Shown here piece by piece: positions 9,254-18,094 of a DNA stretch of 37,269 bases (position 1 is the first letter of the stretch; each line of letters starts with the position of its first letter). Source of the DNA: Acidimicrobiia bacterium (lineage in GTDB: Bacteria; Actinomycetota; Acidimicrobiia; Acidimicrobiales; JANYDT01); the NCBI GenBank assembly GCA_043743435.1, contig JAYTWN010000242.1, forward strand, positions 1-37,269. Reading direction: 5' to 3'. The translations under genes and the position numbers were made by a program. The notes beneath the pieces are model-generated. The model was not told where the DNA came from, made no database searches, and was given only the letters and a program-made list of their open reading frames with translations.

Positions 9254-10984
9254 CTACGGGTTTGGTGCGGGTCGAACTTGGGGTTCTGGAGTTTTGACAC
9301 CGGGCGGAAGCGTGCTGAGGGGAATCGGTGAGTACACGTCCCCAATGACAAATTCGCGGCTCACGCCCACGCCAGCTCGGATCATTCGATCTTGCCCCGC
9401 AATGGTGGTGGCCGTTACGTCCGCAGGTGATCGGAAACCGGCTTGTTGTGCCTGGATGAATGCGGTGCCATCGGCTTTGCGGACGGCGTCGAGTGTGGGG
9501 AACGGATTGGCGACGACACTGCCGTTTTCCGGGTGGATTTCAAAGTGGAGGTGAGGTGGTGTGGTGATGGCGTTGCCGGTTCTTCCCAGGAATCCAATCA
9601 CCTGTCCAGCTTCAACAACGGTGCCGTTTTCTACACCCTCGACGAACGCATCTAAGTGCGCATAGTAATATTCGGTGCCGTCGACCGCGCTCTTGAGCCA
9701 CAGTTTGTTGCCACCTAAAACTCCGGTGCCTTTTTTGAGAATGACCCCACGTTGTACCGCATGAAGGGGACTGCCTTGGGCGCCGAAGATGTCGGTTCCT
9801 TGGTGGGTGTGCGCGTACTTGGTGCCGGTCATTCGAGGTGCGCCAAAGGTGTCGACGAAACTGAACGGTGGCTCTACGGGGAACACCCAGCCGTTGAGGG
9901 CAATTTGATAGCCGCTGAGTACGGAACGCAAATCTTCTTGGGCCTTTTCAAGCGCAGTACCAAGGGCGGCCTGATCGTTTTGTAGCTGTTCAAGATTTTG
10001 CGTTTTTTGGTTGGCGAGTTTTTCTACTTCTTCGAGGCTTTGCTGCAACGCTTCGGAGTCGCCGCGAAATGCCAACACCGCTTTTGCTTCTTCACGTTGG
10101 GCTTGGTTGATGAGCTCAACTCGGCGAACCAAAATGGTGGGGTCTTCGCTGCGAAGAATGAGATCGATTTCGTTGAGTCCAGCACCGGCATAGATCGCCA
10201 GGGCTCGCGCACGGATAACGATCGCGCTCTTCTCGACTTTGGCCCGCAGTACGTCTTGATCAGAACGAAGTTGGTCTTGGCGGTCTTGAAGGTCTTGGAT
10301 TTCTTCAAGAACAACGGCGACGCGTGCTTGGGCTTCGTCGGCTTTTTGCTGAAACAGCAGGACTGAAGCCCGCTTTTCTTTTGAAAGTTTGAGCAACAGC
10401 GCTTCGATGTTGGTATCGCGTAGTGGAACAAACTTTCCCGGTGGCAACGGTGGCAACAGCGCGTTGGGAGCTTCCTCAATGGGGACTGCTTCCTCCGAGG
10501 AGTCGCCCAAAGCGGTTGGCGTGAGCACCGTGGAACTGCTGCTTGTCGTTGAAGACGATGACGAGGATGTGGTTGATCCGTCGACCACGGTGTTCGCAGG
10601 GTTGGCCACCACGACCGTGGCGATTGGTACTGCGGTACTGGTGGCGCCAGCGGCGATAACGGGTTCGGGGCCGGTGGGTGCCCCAGTTGCTGCCGGGATT
10701 GGGGGAACCGCTGTTGGCGTAGGCGCGGGAGTAACCGACGCTGTCGGGGCGGTTGCCGGGACCGGTACTGGCAGAGGTGCCGTAGCGACTGGAGTGACAG
10801 TTACTGGTGGCACCGTAGCGAGCGGTTGCGTAGCCGGGGGAGGTGGTGCGGTGACTACTGCGGCGAGTCCGTCGGGGTTGTCTTGAGCGTTGGAGGTTCG
10901 TGCCGTTCCGACCCAGCTAGAAAAAACCACGCCAAGAATCGTCGCGGTGATGGCGGCTTTACGGGAGCGGGAGGTCATGGGCAT
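9254..10984 (-). CDS. Secreted or membrane-anchored M23 (LytM-type) metallopeptidase with a Pro/Thr/Ala-rich and poly-Ser linker and a coiled-coil region
   Basis: C-terminal LytM motifs HQGTDIFGAQGSPLHAV...YYYAHLDAF...GRTGNAITTPPHLHFEIHP. N-terminal hydrophobic anchor AAITATILGVVFSSWV. A long heptad-like region follows (LEEIQDLQDRQDQLRSDQDVLRAKVEK...). The start is uncertain: ATG 10984, 10978 or 11026. Confidence 0.88.
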   Translation of the reverse strand: MPMTSRSRKAAITATILGVVFSSWVGTARTSNAQDNPDGLAAVVTAPPPPATQPLATVPPVTVTPVATAPLPVPVPATAPTASVTPAPTPTAVPPIPAATGAPTGPEPVIAAGATSTAVPIATVVVANPANTVVDGSTTSSSSSSTTSSSSTVLTPTALGDSSEEAVPIEEAPNALLPPLPPGKFVPLRDTNIEALLLKLSKEKRASVLLFQQKADEAQARVAVVLEEIQDLQDRQDQLRSDQDVLRAKVEKSAIVIRARALAIYAGAGLNEIDLILRSEDPTILVRRVELINQAQREEAKAVLAFRGDSEALQQSLEEVEKLANQKTQNLEQLQNDQAALGTALEKAQEDLRSVLSGYQIALNGWVFPVEPPFSFVDTFGAPRMTGTKYAHTHQGTDIFGAQGSPLHAVQRGVILKKGTGVLGGNKLWLKSAVDGTEYYYAHLDAFVEGVENGTVVEAGQVIGFLGRTGNAITTPPHLHFEIHPENGSVVANPFPTLDAVRKADGTAFIQAQQAGFRSPADVTATTIAGQDRMIRAGVGVSREFVIGDVYSPIPLSTLPPGVKTPEPQVRPAPNP

Positions 10985-11275
10985 CGAGGACTCTCGAACG
11001 GGCGAAACGGGTTGGTGGCGAGGCACGATTGACTAGTTCTTCCGATTCCGCCGAAGGACTGTACAAGTGTAGGCGCCGTAGCGAACGCCGGGGGTCCTCT
11101 GTTGGCGATACGGGCTGCTCGATGAGGCAAAACTCACACGTTTGAAGACTTTACCGAGGTAAGTGATCCGTCGCGCTTTGGAGTTCCTTCACCACGTTGT
11201 TCTCCACGTTCGCCGCCGATGTTCATCAGAGTCCTTACGCCAGGATTTTCGGTCAACACGAAGTAGCCTGTCGGA

Positions 11276-12274
11276 GTGGCTCAACGTTCTTCGATTCGAC
11301 GCTCAGCGATTTTGAGCGGAGTACTGGTTGCTGTTCTCGGCGTTGGTGTGTCGGCGGCTGCGTACAACTATCGTGACAAGACACCGCTTGGCGTTGCTCC
11401 CAAGACGAAGGTCATCACCACGTCGGATCAATCCGGGGATTCCACTCCCTTGAATGCAACGACCACGGTTTTGCCAGACACGGTTACCGACACGACTCTT
11501 CCAGCCTTGGGTTCCGATAACTCGGTTCCGCCACTGGCTGCGCTTGACACCGTCACCGGAAGCACCTTGGTTGGAGCGATTGATTCGTCCACCACCACGG
11601 TTACGCCAGCTACCACCGCCGTTCCGGTAACTGTGCCGGGAGCTTCGCCGTGTGCTCCGCTTGACGGTTCGGGTGAGCGAATTACGCAGTTCTCGTCGGC
11701 ACCTCCGCAGTGTTTGGATCCCAAGGCTTCGTACTCTGCGGTGATCTCGACCAAGCAGGGTGAGATTCGCATTGTGCTCAATGCCAGGGACACGCCAGTT
11801 GCGGTGAATGCGTTTGTGTTCTTGGCCCGTCACAAGTTTTATGACGGTTTGACCTTCCACCGCATCGTGCCCGGGTTCATTGTGCAAGGTGGCGATCCAC
11901 AAGGGAACGGTTCTGGTGGGCCGGGCTTTACCTTTGCCGACGAGCTGCCCGCAGTTGCTGGTTATCCACTTGGTTCTGTAGCCATGGCGAACTCCGGTCC
12001 CAGTACCAATGGCAGCCAGTTTTTTATGGTTTCTGGTGATCTTGGCTTGCAGTTGCCGGCGTCGTTCACGTTGTTTGGCCGGGTCAATAAGGGTGTCGAT
12101 GCCGTAAAGGCCATTGATGCGCTGGGCAAGGCCCCAACAGCGGAAGGCGTGGAGTTTCCGCCGACTGAAGTTGTCACGATCGACAAGATTCGTATTGTTG
12201 CGGTGAATGAGCGCAAGGCCCGGATTCCGGCGTTGAATCCCGATGCAGTTTCAACCACCACAATTGGCCCGTAA
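11276..12274 (+). CDS. Membrane-anchored cyclophilin-type peptidyl-prolyl cis-trans isomerase
   Basis: N-terminal TM segment (AILSGVLVAVLGVGVSAAAY). A Thr/Ser-rich linker follows. The cyclophilin core reads FHRIVPGFIVQGGDPQGNGSGGPGFTFADE...MANSGPSTNGSQFFMV. GTG start. Confidence 0.9.
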   Translation: MAQRSSIRRSAILSGVLVAVLGVGVSAAAYNYRDKTPLGVAPKTKVITTSDQSGDSTPLNATTTVLPDTVTDTTLPALGSDNSVPPLAALDTVTGSTLVGAIDSSTTTVTPATTAVPVTVPGASPCAPLDGSGERITQFSSAPPQCLDPKASYSAVISTKQGEIRIVLNARDTPVAVNAFVFLARHKFYDGLTFHRIVPGFIVQGGDPQGNGSGGPGFTFADELPAVAGYPLGSVAMANSGPSTNGSQFFMVSGDLGLQLPASFTLFGRVNKGVDAVKAIDALGKAPTAEGVEFPPTEVVTIDKIRIVAVNERKARIPALNPDAVSTTTIGP

Positions 12275-12321
12275 GTTTTCCCTGCCCAATTCCCATGTCT
12301 TTTCTGAAAAGGTTCCAAAAA

Positions 12322-12879
12322 ATGTCCACTCCTGAATGTCCAGCAGCCGACGGTTCAAGCCCTAAGACGCAAAAGTTTCAAGGCCCGATCCCTATGTGCA
12401 TCGATCCGGCTAAGACCTATTCGGCCACCATGGTGACGTCGATGGGCGAAATGGTTATCGCCCTTGACCCCATTGGTGCACCCAAGACCGTGAACAACTT
12501 TGTGTTCTTGGCTCGCTATCACTACTTCGAGGGCATCAGCTTTCACCGCATTATTCAGGGCTTTGTTTGCCAGGGTGGCGATCCTCAGGGCACCGGTATG
12601 GGCGGCCCGGGTTACAAGTTTGAAGACGAATTGCCAAAGCCTGGCCGTTACGAAGTTGGCTCGGTCGCTATGGCCAACGCTGGCCCCAACACCAATGGCA
12701 GCCAGTTCTTCCTGATTTCTGGCCCTTCGGGTGTTCGTCTGCCACCGGCTTACGCTCTGTTCGGCAAGATCGTCAAGGGCCTCGATGTTCTCGACGCTAT
12801 GGAGAAGGTCAAGACTGGCGCTGGCGATCGTCCGCTCGTTCCTGTGACCATCGAATCGGTGACCATCACCGAATCCTGA
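12322..12879 (+). CDS. Cytoplasmic cyclophilin-type peptidyl-prolyl cis-trans isomerase
   Basis: FHRIIQGFVCQGGDPQGTGMGGPGYKFEDE...MANAGPNTNGSQFFLI. No signal or TM segment. The start is ATG 12322 or ATG 12295. Confidence 0.92.
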   Translation: MSTPECPAADGSSPKTQKFQGPIPMCIDPAKTYSATMVTSMGEMVIALDPIGAPKTVNNFVFLARYHYFEGISFHRIIQGFVCQGGDPQGTGMGGPGYKFEDELPKPGRYEVGSVAMANAGPNTNGSQFFLISGPSGVRLPPAYALFGKIVKGLDVLDAMEKVKTGAGDRPLVPVTIESVTITES

Positions 12880-12897
12880 GTTACCCGTCTGCAGAGT

Positions 12898-12940
12898 TGC
12901 CCACCTCTCGGTCTTCGGACTAGGGCGGTGGGCATTTTGT
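12898..12940 (+). terminator. Rho-independent terminator after the second cyclophilin gene
   Basis: Stem TGCCCACC (12898-12905) pairs with GGTGGGCA (12927-12934). The tract TTTTGTG follows directly. Confidence 0.65.
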
Positions 12941-13250
12941 GCGGCATTTGCTTCCTGGGGCCAATAATCTTCGTTAGCTCAGTAGGCGACTTCTTTCCCA
13001 CCGACGGTCCTCAGACCGAACCTCTGGGCACAATGCTTGCCGCGGGACTGGGTTACTTAGTGCGTGGCTCAACAGGTAATCCTGCAAACGACTCAAGCCG
13101 ATGCGGTTGGAGTGCCACGTTGGAGAAATAACACCGGTCTCAATCCGCAACCTGGCACAAATCCGTCACGGTCACGCAAAATGTGAGTTTTTACCACGGA
13201 CCCTTGTTTCATGGCGTATCTATAGAGGATCCGGGGCCAACCAAACGGGC

Positions 13251-13928
13251 TTACGGGATACGAAGGTGCAGGTTGTCGATTTTTAGGTAGGCGCCAGCGG
13301 CCACGATGTAGACGTCGCCGGCTCCGTCCATGGACCAGCGGCCCTCGGGGCTGCGTAGCAATGCGGTTTGTTGATCTACGAGGGCCAGGGTGGTGGTTTT
13401 GCCAGCCATTTTGATGGTGCGGGCTTTGCGTTCGTTGGACCATTCCTCGGCTTGAGGCACTACGGCGAGGCCAGGGAACAGGCCGAGACCTAGCGTGAAA
13501 GCACCTCCCCGGGGATCAACCATGGGGTCGCCTAGGGCCATGGCTCCGGCTGCCGACGCGGCCAGTACGGCTCCGTTGCGCCAGGAGGCGACGAGCGCTT
13601 CCCATACGGCGGTGCCTTTCATGGTGGAGCGTAGGTGCATGGCTGAGCCGCTGGACAGGTAGATGAATTTGGCTTTGGCCACGATGGCGACGTTTTCGGG
13701 ATCATCGGCTTCGGCACGGCTGAGGACCCGGCAGGGGATAACTGTGGCGCCGAGGGCAGTGAAGTGTTTTTCGGCGTTGGCGAGGGCGTTGTTGGGTCCC
13801 TCCATGGCCGCGGCGGTTGGGAGGACAACAACTTCGGTGCCGCCGCTGAGGGCGAGGAGGTCGGTGTCAAAACCAACACACCCTGGCTTCCATTCGCCGC
13901 CGCCAATCATTGCTAACCAACCGGCCAT
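13251..13928 (-). CDS. Peptidase S51 / cyanophycinase-like (type 1 glutamine amidotransferase-like fold) protein
   Basis: The pattern is IGGGEW...VVVLPTAAA...FTALGATV...KFIYLSSGSAMHL...GAVLAASAAGAMALG. It resembles the S51 layout: GGG, PTA, a GG-x-x-x-L region and a nucleophile Ser in a G-x-S-A-G-A-like turn. The Ser turn is atypical (ASAAGA). Confidence 0.5.
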   Translation of the reverse strand: MAGWLAMIGGGEWKPGCVGFDTDLLALSGGTEVVVLPTAAAMEGPNNALANAEKHFTALGATVIPCRVLSRAEADDPENVAIVAKAKFIYLSSGSAMHLRSTMKGTAVWEALVASWRNGAVLAASAAGAMALGDPMVDPRGGAFTLGLGLFPGLAVVPQAEEWSNERKARTIKMAGKTTTLALVDQQTALLRSPEGRWSMDGAGDVYIVAAGAYLKIDNLHLRIP

Positions 13929-14075
13929 GTGTACGTCTCCTCAACCAGTGAACCCGGTTCGGGATCACCCATCAAGAATCCCACGTCGAGAGGACCGTCG
14001 CACACCGTTATGGCTGAGCTGGGGTTATCTTGCCGAAAGGTTGCCGATTTGCTGTTGGGTGACAAGAATGGGGTC

Positions 14076-14567
14076 ATGAGTGGAAAGGGAACCCCGGCGA
14101 CGTTGGTGGTGGCCGACGCCGAGGTGGTTCATCGACTGCACGAGTATGCTCACGATCCTGGCGCAGCGTCATACGGGTTGGAGGCCTCCGAGGCCCTTGG
14201 GATTGAGGCTGCTCGGGTTCACAAGACTTTGGTGGTGACGGTTGAGCGCAACGGGCGCTGGGAACTTGCGGTGGGTGTGGTTCCGGTCGATACTCAGCTG
14301 GATTTGAAGGCTGTTGCAACGGCGTTAGGGGCAAAGCGTGCCGACATGGCCAAGGCGCTGGATGCTGAACGTACAACGGGGTATGTGCTGGGTGGGATTA
14401 GTCCACTTGGTCAGCGCAGGGCCCTGCCTACCGTGATCGACGAAGATGCCATGTTGCACGAGACCATTTTCGTTTCCGCGGGTCGACGTGGTCTAGAGAT
14501 TGAACTGGCGGCCGATGCCTTGTGTTCGCTCACGAACGCGGTGTACGCCCCCATTGCCAAGCGTTAG
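14076..14567 (+). CDS. ybaK: Cys-tRNA(Pro)/Cys-tRNA(Cys) deacylase, YbaK/EbsC family
   Basis: HEYAHDPGAASYGLEASEALGIEAARVHKTLVV...LAVGVVPVDTQLDLKAVA...TGYVLGGISPLGQRRALPTVIDE...IFVSAGRRGLEIEL. ATG 14076 gives the usual length of about 160 aa. The ORF opening at 13929 is probably not used. Confidence 0.85.
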   Translation: MSGKGTPATLVVADAEVVHRLHEYAHDPGAASYGLEASEALGIEAARVHKTLVVTVERNGRWELAVGVVPVDTQLDLKAVATALGAKRADMAKALDAERTTGYVLGGISPLGQRRALPTVIDEDAMLHETIFVSAGRRGLEIELAADALCSLTNAVYAPIAKR

Positions 14568-14575
14568 GTGCCGGT

Positions 14576-14647
14576 GTCTTCCTGCCCGTCTTCCTGCCCG
14601 TCTTCCTGCCCGTCTTTTGGCCTGTCTTCCTGCCCGTCTTCTTGCCT
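14576..14647. repeat. Six tandem copies of a 12-bp unit (GTCTTCCTGCCC; copies 4 and 6 are variants)
   Basis: Direct reading gives GTCTTCCTGCCC x3, GTCTTTTGGCCT, GTCTTCCTGCCC, GTCTTCTTGCCT. The array starts 9 nt after the ybaK stop and ends 134 nt before the mutase start. Confidence 0.9.
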
Positions 14648-14781
14648 GGGTTTTGACGCTGTTTGCCGTTGACCGTGGCGGATGACTGTTCAACGACTGG
14701 TGTTGTGCTGGGTGACGAACAACCACACAATGCTTTTGTCGTCAGTTGGCGTCGATGTAGGTTCGGCGGAGAGAATGCAAT

Positions 14782-16755
14782 ATGGCTGATAGTTCTGGTG
14801 CACCGGTTTCCTCGTCACTGCCGCGCCCCGATGCGCCTTGGGTGATGCGGACCTATTCGGGGCATTCCACGGCCACCGCTTCGAATGAGTTGTATCGCAC
14901 CAACCTTTCGAAGGGGCAAACGGGTCTATCGATTGCGTTTGACCTGCCGACACAAACCGGTTACGACCCTGATGCCCCCCAAGCTCGCGGTGAGGTCGGC
15001 AAAGTTGGGGTGCCCGTTGCCCATCTTGGTCATATGCGTACGTTGCTTGATGGCATTCCGGTTGATCAGATGAACACATCGATGACGATCAATGCCCCGG
15101 CGGCTTGGATGCTGGGCCTCTACATTGCCAACGCGGAAACCGAGGGTGTCGACCCTCGCGGACTGGCCGGCACAACCCAGAACGACATTGTCAAGGAGTA
15201 CCTGTCACGCGGTACGTACATCTATCCGCCAGTGCCTTCACGTCGGCTGATTGTGGACATGATTTCCTACACGGTGCAGCACCTGCCGAAGTGGAATCCG
15301 ATTAACGTGTGTTCTTATCATTTGCAGGAGGCCGGTGCTACTCCTACGCAAGAGTTGGCCTACGCGTTGGCGACGGCTATCGACGTGCTCGATGCGGTGC
15401 GCGATTCGGGTCAGGTGAAGCCCGAGGATTTTGGAGATGTGGTTGCCCGCATCTCGTTCTTCGTAAATGCGGGCATACGCTTCGTTGAAGAGATGTGCAA
15501 GATGCGGGCCTTCGGACAAATGTGGGAACGCATTTGTATCGAGCGCTACGGAGTTACTGATCCCAAGCAACGTCGGTTCCGTTATGGACTGCAAGTGAAT
15601 TCGCTTGGCCTAACCGAGGCACAGCCGGAGAACAATGTGCAACGCATTGTGTTGGAGATGCTTGGGGTGACTCTGTCTCGTGATGCTCGTGCCCGGGCGT
15701 TGCAGTTGCCTGCATGGAATGAAGCGTTGGGTTTGCCGCGTCCGTGGGATCAGCAGTGGTCGTTGCGAATGCAGCAGGTGTTGGCGTTTGAAACCGATCT
15801 CCTCGAATACCCCGACCTCTTCGAAGGCTCAGTGGTGGTTGAGGCCAAAGTCAACGAGATGATTGCCGCCGCCAGCGCCGAACTTGATGACGTACTGGCC
15901 CTCGGCGGGGCCTTCGAAGCAATAGGTGAACTGAAGGCTCGTTTGGTACGTTCACATACCGAACGAACCCGTAGAATTGAGAGCGGTGACCTGGCCGTGA
16001 TTGGAGTGAACCGATTTACTGAATCGGCTCCTTCCCCACTCGGTGGTGCCGACAATATTTTGACCGTAGACTCAGCCGTTGAAGCCGCCATGATCGCCGA
16101 TGTGCAAGCGTGGCGTGCCAATCGCGATTCAGTCGCGGCGGCCGCGGCTCTCGAAGCGGTGCGAGTTGCTGCCCGTGGCACAGAGAACATTATGGTCTCC
16201 ACGATTGCCGCGGCCCATGCAGGCGTCACAACGGGCGAATGGGCCGGGGCTTTGCGTGAAATCTTCGGCGAGTTTCGTGCTCCAACTGGCGTTGGAGGAG
16301 TAGGGGGTCATTCCAGTGCTGGCCTTTCAGCGATCGCCGCCCGTAATAAAGTCCGTGTTGGTGGGCCGCCGAAGTTGTTAGTAGCCAAGCCGGGTCTCGA
16401 CGGGCATTCCAACGGTGCCGAACAAATCGCAGTCGCTGCGCGTGACGCTGGGATGGAAGTTATCTACCAAGGCATTCGCCTTTCCCCAGAACAAATTGCT
16501 GCCGCGGCGCGCGACGAGGATCCACATGTCATCGGGCTCTCAGTACTCTCCGGTTCACATATGGAACTGGTTCCCGAAGTGATGCGTTGTTTAGCGGCTG
16601 TTGGTGTGGACGCGCCAGTGATCATTGGCGGCATTATTCCCGAAGCGGATCGCGCGGTGTTGATGGCCGCCGGTGTTGCTGCGGTCTACACCCCAAAGGA
16701 TTACGACATCACCCGCATCATGGAAGAAATAAGCGCGCTTGCTGATTATCGATAA
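14782..16755 (+). CDS. meaA: Fused B12-dependent acyl-CoA mutase (catalytic TIM-barrel plus C-terminal cobalamin-binding domain), MeaA/ethylmalonyl-CoA-mutase-like
   Basis: PWVMRTYSGHSTATASNELYRTNLSKGQTGLSIAFDLPTQTGYDPD...GEVGKVGVPVAHLGHMR...MNTSMTINAPAAW. The C-terminal B12 motif is KPGLDGHSNGAEQIAV...VIGLSVLSGSH (DxHxxG...SxL...GG). The R-T-Y-x-G-H-S N-terminal signature is what I remember for the MeaA/Ecm clade, as opposed to R-Q-Y-A-G-F in MCM/ICM. Substrate assignment is therefore tentative. Confidence 0.85.
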   Translation: MADSSGAPVSSSLPRPDAPWVMRTYSGHSTATASNELYRTNLSKGQTGLSIAFDLPTQTGYDPDAPQARGEVGKVGVPVAHLGHMRTLLDGIPVDQMNTSMTINAPAAWMLGLYIANAETEGVDPRGLAGTTQNDIVKEYLSRGTYIYPPVPSRRLIVDMISYTVQHLPKWNPINVCSYHLQEAGATPTQELAYALATAIDVLDAVRDSGQVKPEDFGDVVARISFFVNAGIRFVEEMCKMRAFGQMWERICIERYGVTDPKQRRFRYGLQVNSLGLTEAQPENNVQRIVLEMLGVTLSRDARARALQLPAWNEALGLPRPWDQQWSLRMQQVLAFETDLLEYPDLFEGSVVVEAKVNEMIAAASAELDDVLALGGAFEAIGELKARLVRSHTERTRRIESGDLAVIGVNRFTESAPSPLGGADNILTVDSAVEAAMIADVQAWRANRDSVAAAAALEAVRVAARGTENIMVSTIAAAHAGVTTGEWAGALREIFGEFRAPTGVGGVGGHSSAGLSAIAARNKVRVGGPPKLLVAKPGLDGHSNGAEQIAVAARDAGMEVIYQGIRLSPEQIAAAARDEDPHVIGLSVLSGSHMELVPEVMRCLAAVGVDAPVIIGGIIPEADRAVLMAAGVAAVYTPKDYDITRIMEEISALADYR

Positions 16756-17041
16756 GCGTGCTTAGTTAACGCACTTGGCCCGGCCCTCTGGGCTGTTGGT
16801 CTGACACACCGTTGGGGTTCCGGAAGCCACGTAGGACTTCTGAACGACCGCTTAGGTGGCGAGTTCGTCATCACTCGCGCAAGATGCTGCGAGGACATCA
16901 ATGAGTTCGTCGAAGTCTGGTCCGGTTTCTCCCGCGTAGGAGGCTGCCATGCGTCCCCATTCATCCCAGGGAAGTGTCTCTACGTTGTGAGTGCGGCGAG
17001 ATCGCGGATCAGATTTCCGGCTTAAGAATTGCGACGTACAG

Positions 17042-17614
17042 CTAGGTGGCCCATTGCCAATCCAAAGGTAGCGCCGGGATCAAGAAGGAGGCGGGTGCGG
17101 TCCAGTGGCGGAAGTCGGCTCCGGGTTGGGTCCACCAAGTGTTCCCGTTATCTAGGATCGCACCGATCCGCGCTCCTTCGTGTCGAATTTCGTCGATCTG
17201 GTTTGCATCGAAGCGGCCGGTTTCGACGGACGCTTCGAGCTGCTCGTCGTCTTTGAGGGACCAGGTGCCATCCAGAAGGGCGATGATGTCGAGTTCGTGA
17301 TCGAAGGTATCGAATCCAACCGAAATTCGACTGAGCGGGTCCTGCAGGTTGATGTAGGCAACCTCACCGAAGAACCAGATGCTGTATCGCTCACCGGGTC
17401 GTTGCGCCATAACGATGTCTTGACCGCTCCATCCCGTGGCGTTGCGCCAGAAGTGAATCCCGAGCGGGTGATCGTCAACGAATCCGAACCGGGCACCAAT
17501 GGGAACGTGGACTGCCAGCAAGTCCGCACGGTCCTCAATCACGTTGGTGGCCATGGCCGACCACGGTTGCCCGCGACAGACCTCCCTGCGAATGCACGTA
17601 TCACCCGGGTTCAT
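17042..17614 (-). CDS. DUF402 (FomD/Ntdp-like nucleoside di/triphosphatase fold) domain protein
   Basis: AYINLQDPLSRISVGFDTFDHELDIIALLDGTWSLKDDEQLEASVETGRFDANQIDEIRHEGARI matches the DUF402 layout: Y-v-d-i..P, D-l-x-L-D-v, and D-e-d-E-l...G. The likely start is ATG 17614. The ORF opens at 17689. Confidence 0.6.
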   Translation of the reverse strand: MNPGDTCIRREVCRGQPWSAMATNVIEDRADLLAVHVPIGARFGFVDDHPLGIHFWRNATGWSGQDIVMAQRPGERYSIWFFGEVAYINLQDPLSRISVGFDTFDHELDIIALLDGTWSLKDDEQLEASVETGRFDANQIDEIRHEGARIGAILDNGNTWWTQPGADFRHWTAPASFLIPALPLDWQWAT

Positions 17615-17776
17615 AAAGAACCCTAGCCCCAGGGACTCAAAAACAGAATCAGGCCGTCTCGACGCATTTCGAATCGAGCCACGCGGCAACCTAAGACGAA
17701 AGTCGCTCAGCAGCGTCTACCGGGCTGATGACATCGACTCACCTTTGAGCAGCAGAACAGCCACGTTCAGCCGACC

Positions 17777-18094
17777 TTAGATCCCGAGGATTGATCGGAG
17801 ACCTTCGTCGATGTCGTCTATCAGTATTTTCGGCAGGCGGCCGGCTTGCTTGCCGAGTAACGATCGATCAATCAGTTCAAGGCCAAGGGGGATTGCCACA
17901 GAGTCCTGTGGGAGCCCGCTCGATTTGGCGGGAAGAAAGACATTGCCAGCCAGGCCCGCTCGGGCGACGTTCGATGTGACGGGCACCACGTGGGTCTGCC
18001 ACACCTTCACACTGAGGACTTCGTCGGAAGACACGACCACGCACGGCCTCCGTTTGTCTAGTTCGATCCAGTACACTGAGCCCCTGATCACCAT
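17777..18094 (-). CDS. Type II toxin, PemK/MazF-family endoribonuclease
   Basis: MVIRGSVYWIELDKRRPCVVVSSDEV...THVVPVTSNV...LPQDSVAIPLGLELIDRSLLGKQAGRLP is the typical MazF/PemK pattern: G-x-[IV]-Y-W-[IV], RP-x-VV[VI]S and VVP[IV]TS. Length 105 aa. Confidence 0.85.
   Translation of the reverse strand: MVIRGSVYWIELDKRRPCVVVSSDEVLSVKVWQTHVVPVTSNVARAGLAGNVFLPAKSSGLPQDSVAIPLGLELIDRSLLGKQAGRLPKILIDDIDEGLRSILGI

Noticed and set aside
11027-11275. Possible c-di-AMP (ydaO-type) riboswitch upstream of the M23 peptidase. On the minus strand, TCCGACAGGCTACTTCGT resembles the 3' consensus UCCGACAGCUAACCUCGU, and GAGGACCCCC resembles GGGGACCCA.
   Set aside because: The pieces occur in the wrong order. 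The 3'-like block is about 240 nt upstream of the gene and 5' of the other block. The pseudo-symmetric ACGGGG / GAAUCC cores are missing. It could be checked with Rfam RF00379.
14576-14647. The short tandem arrays, here and at 22346-22401, considered as CRISPR arrays.
   Set aside because: The units are 12-14 bp and directly abutting with no spacers. No cas genes are present. They are simple tandem repeats.
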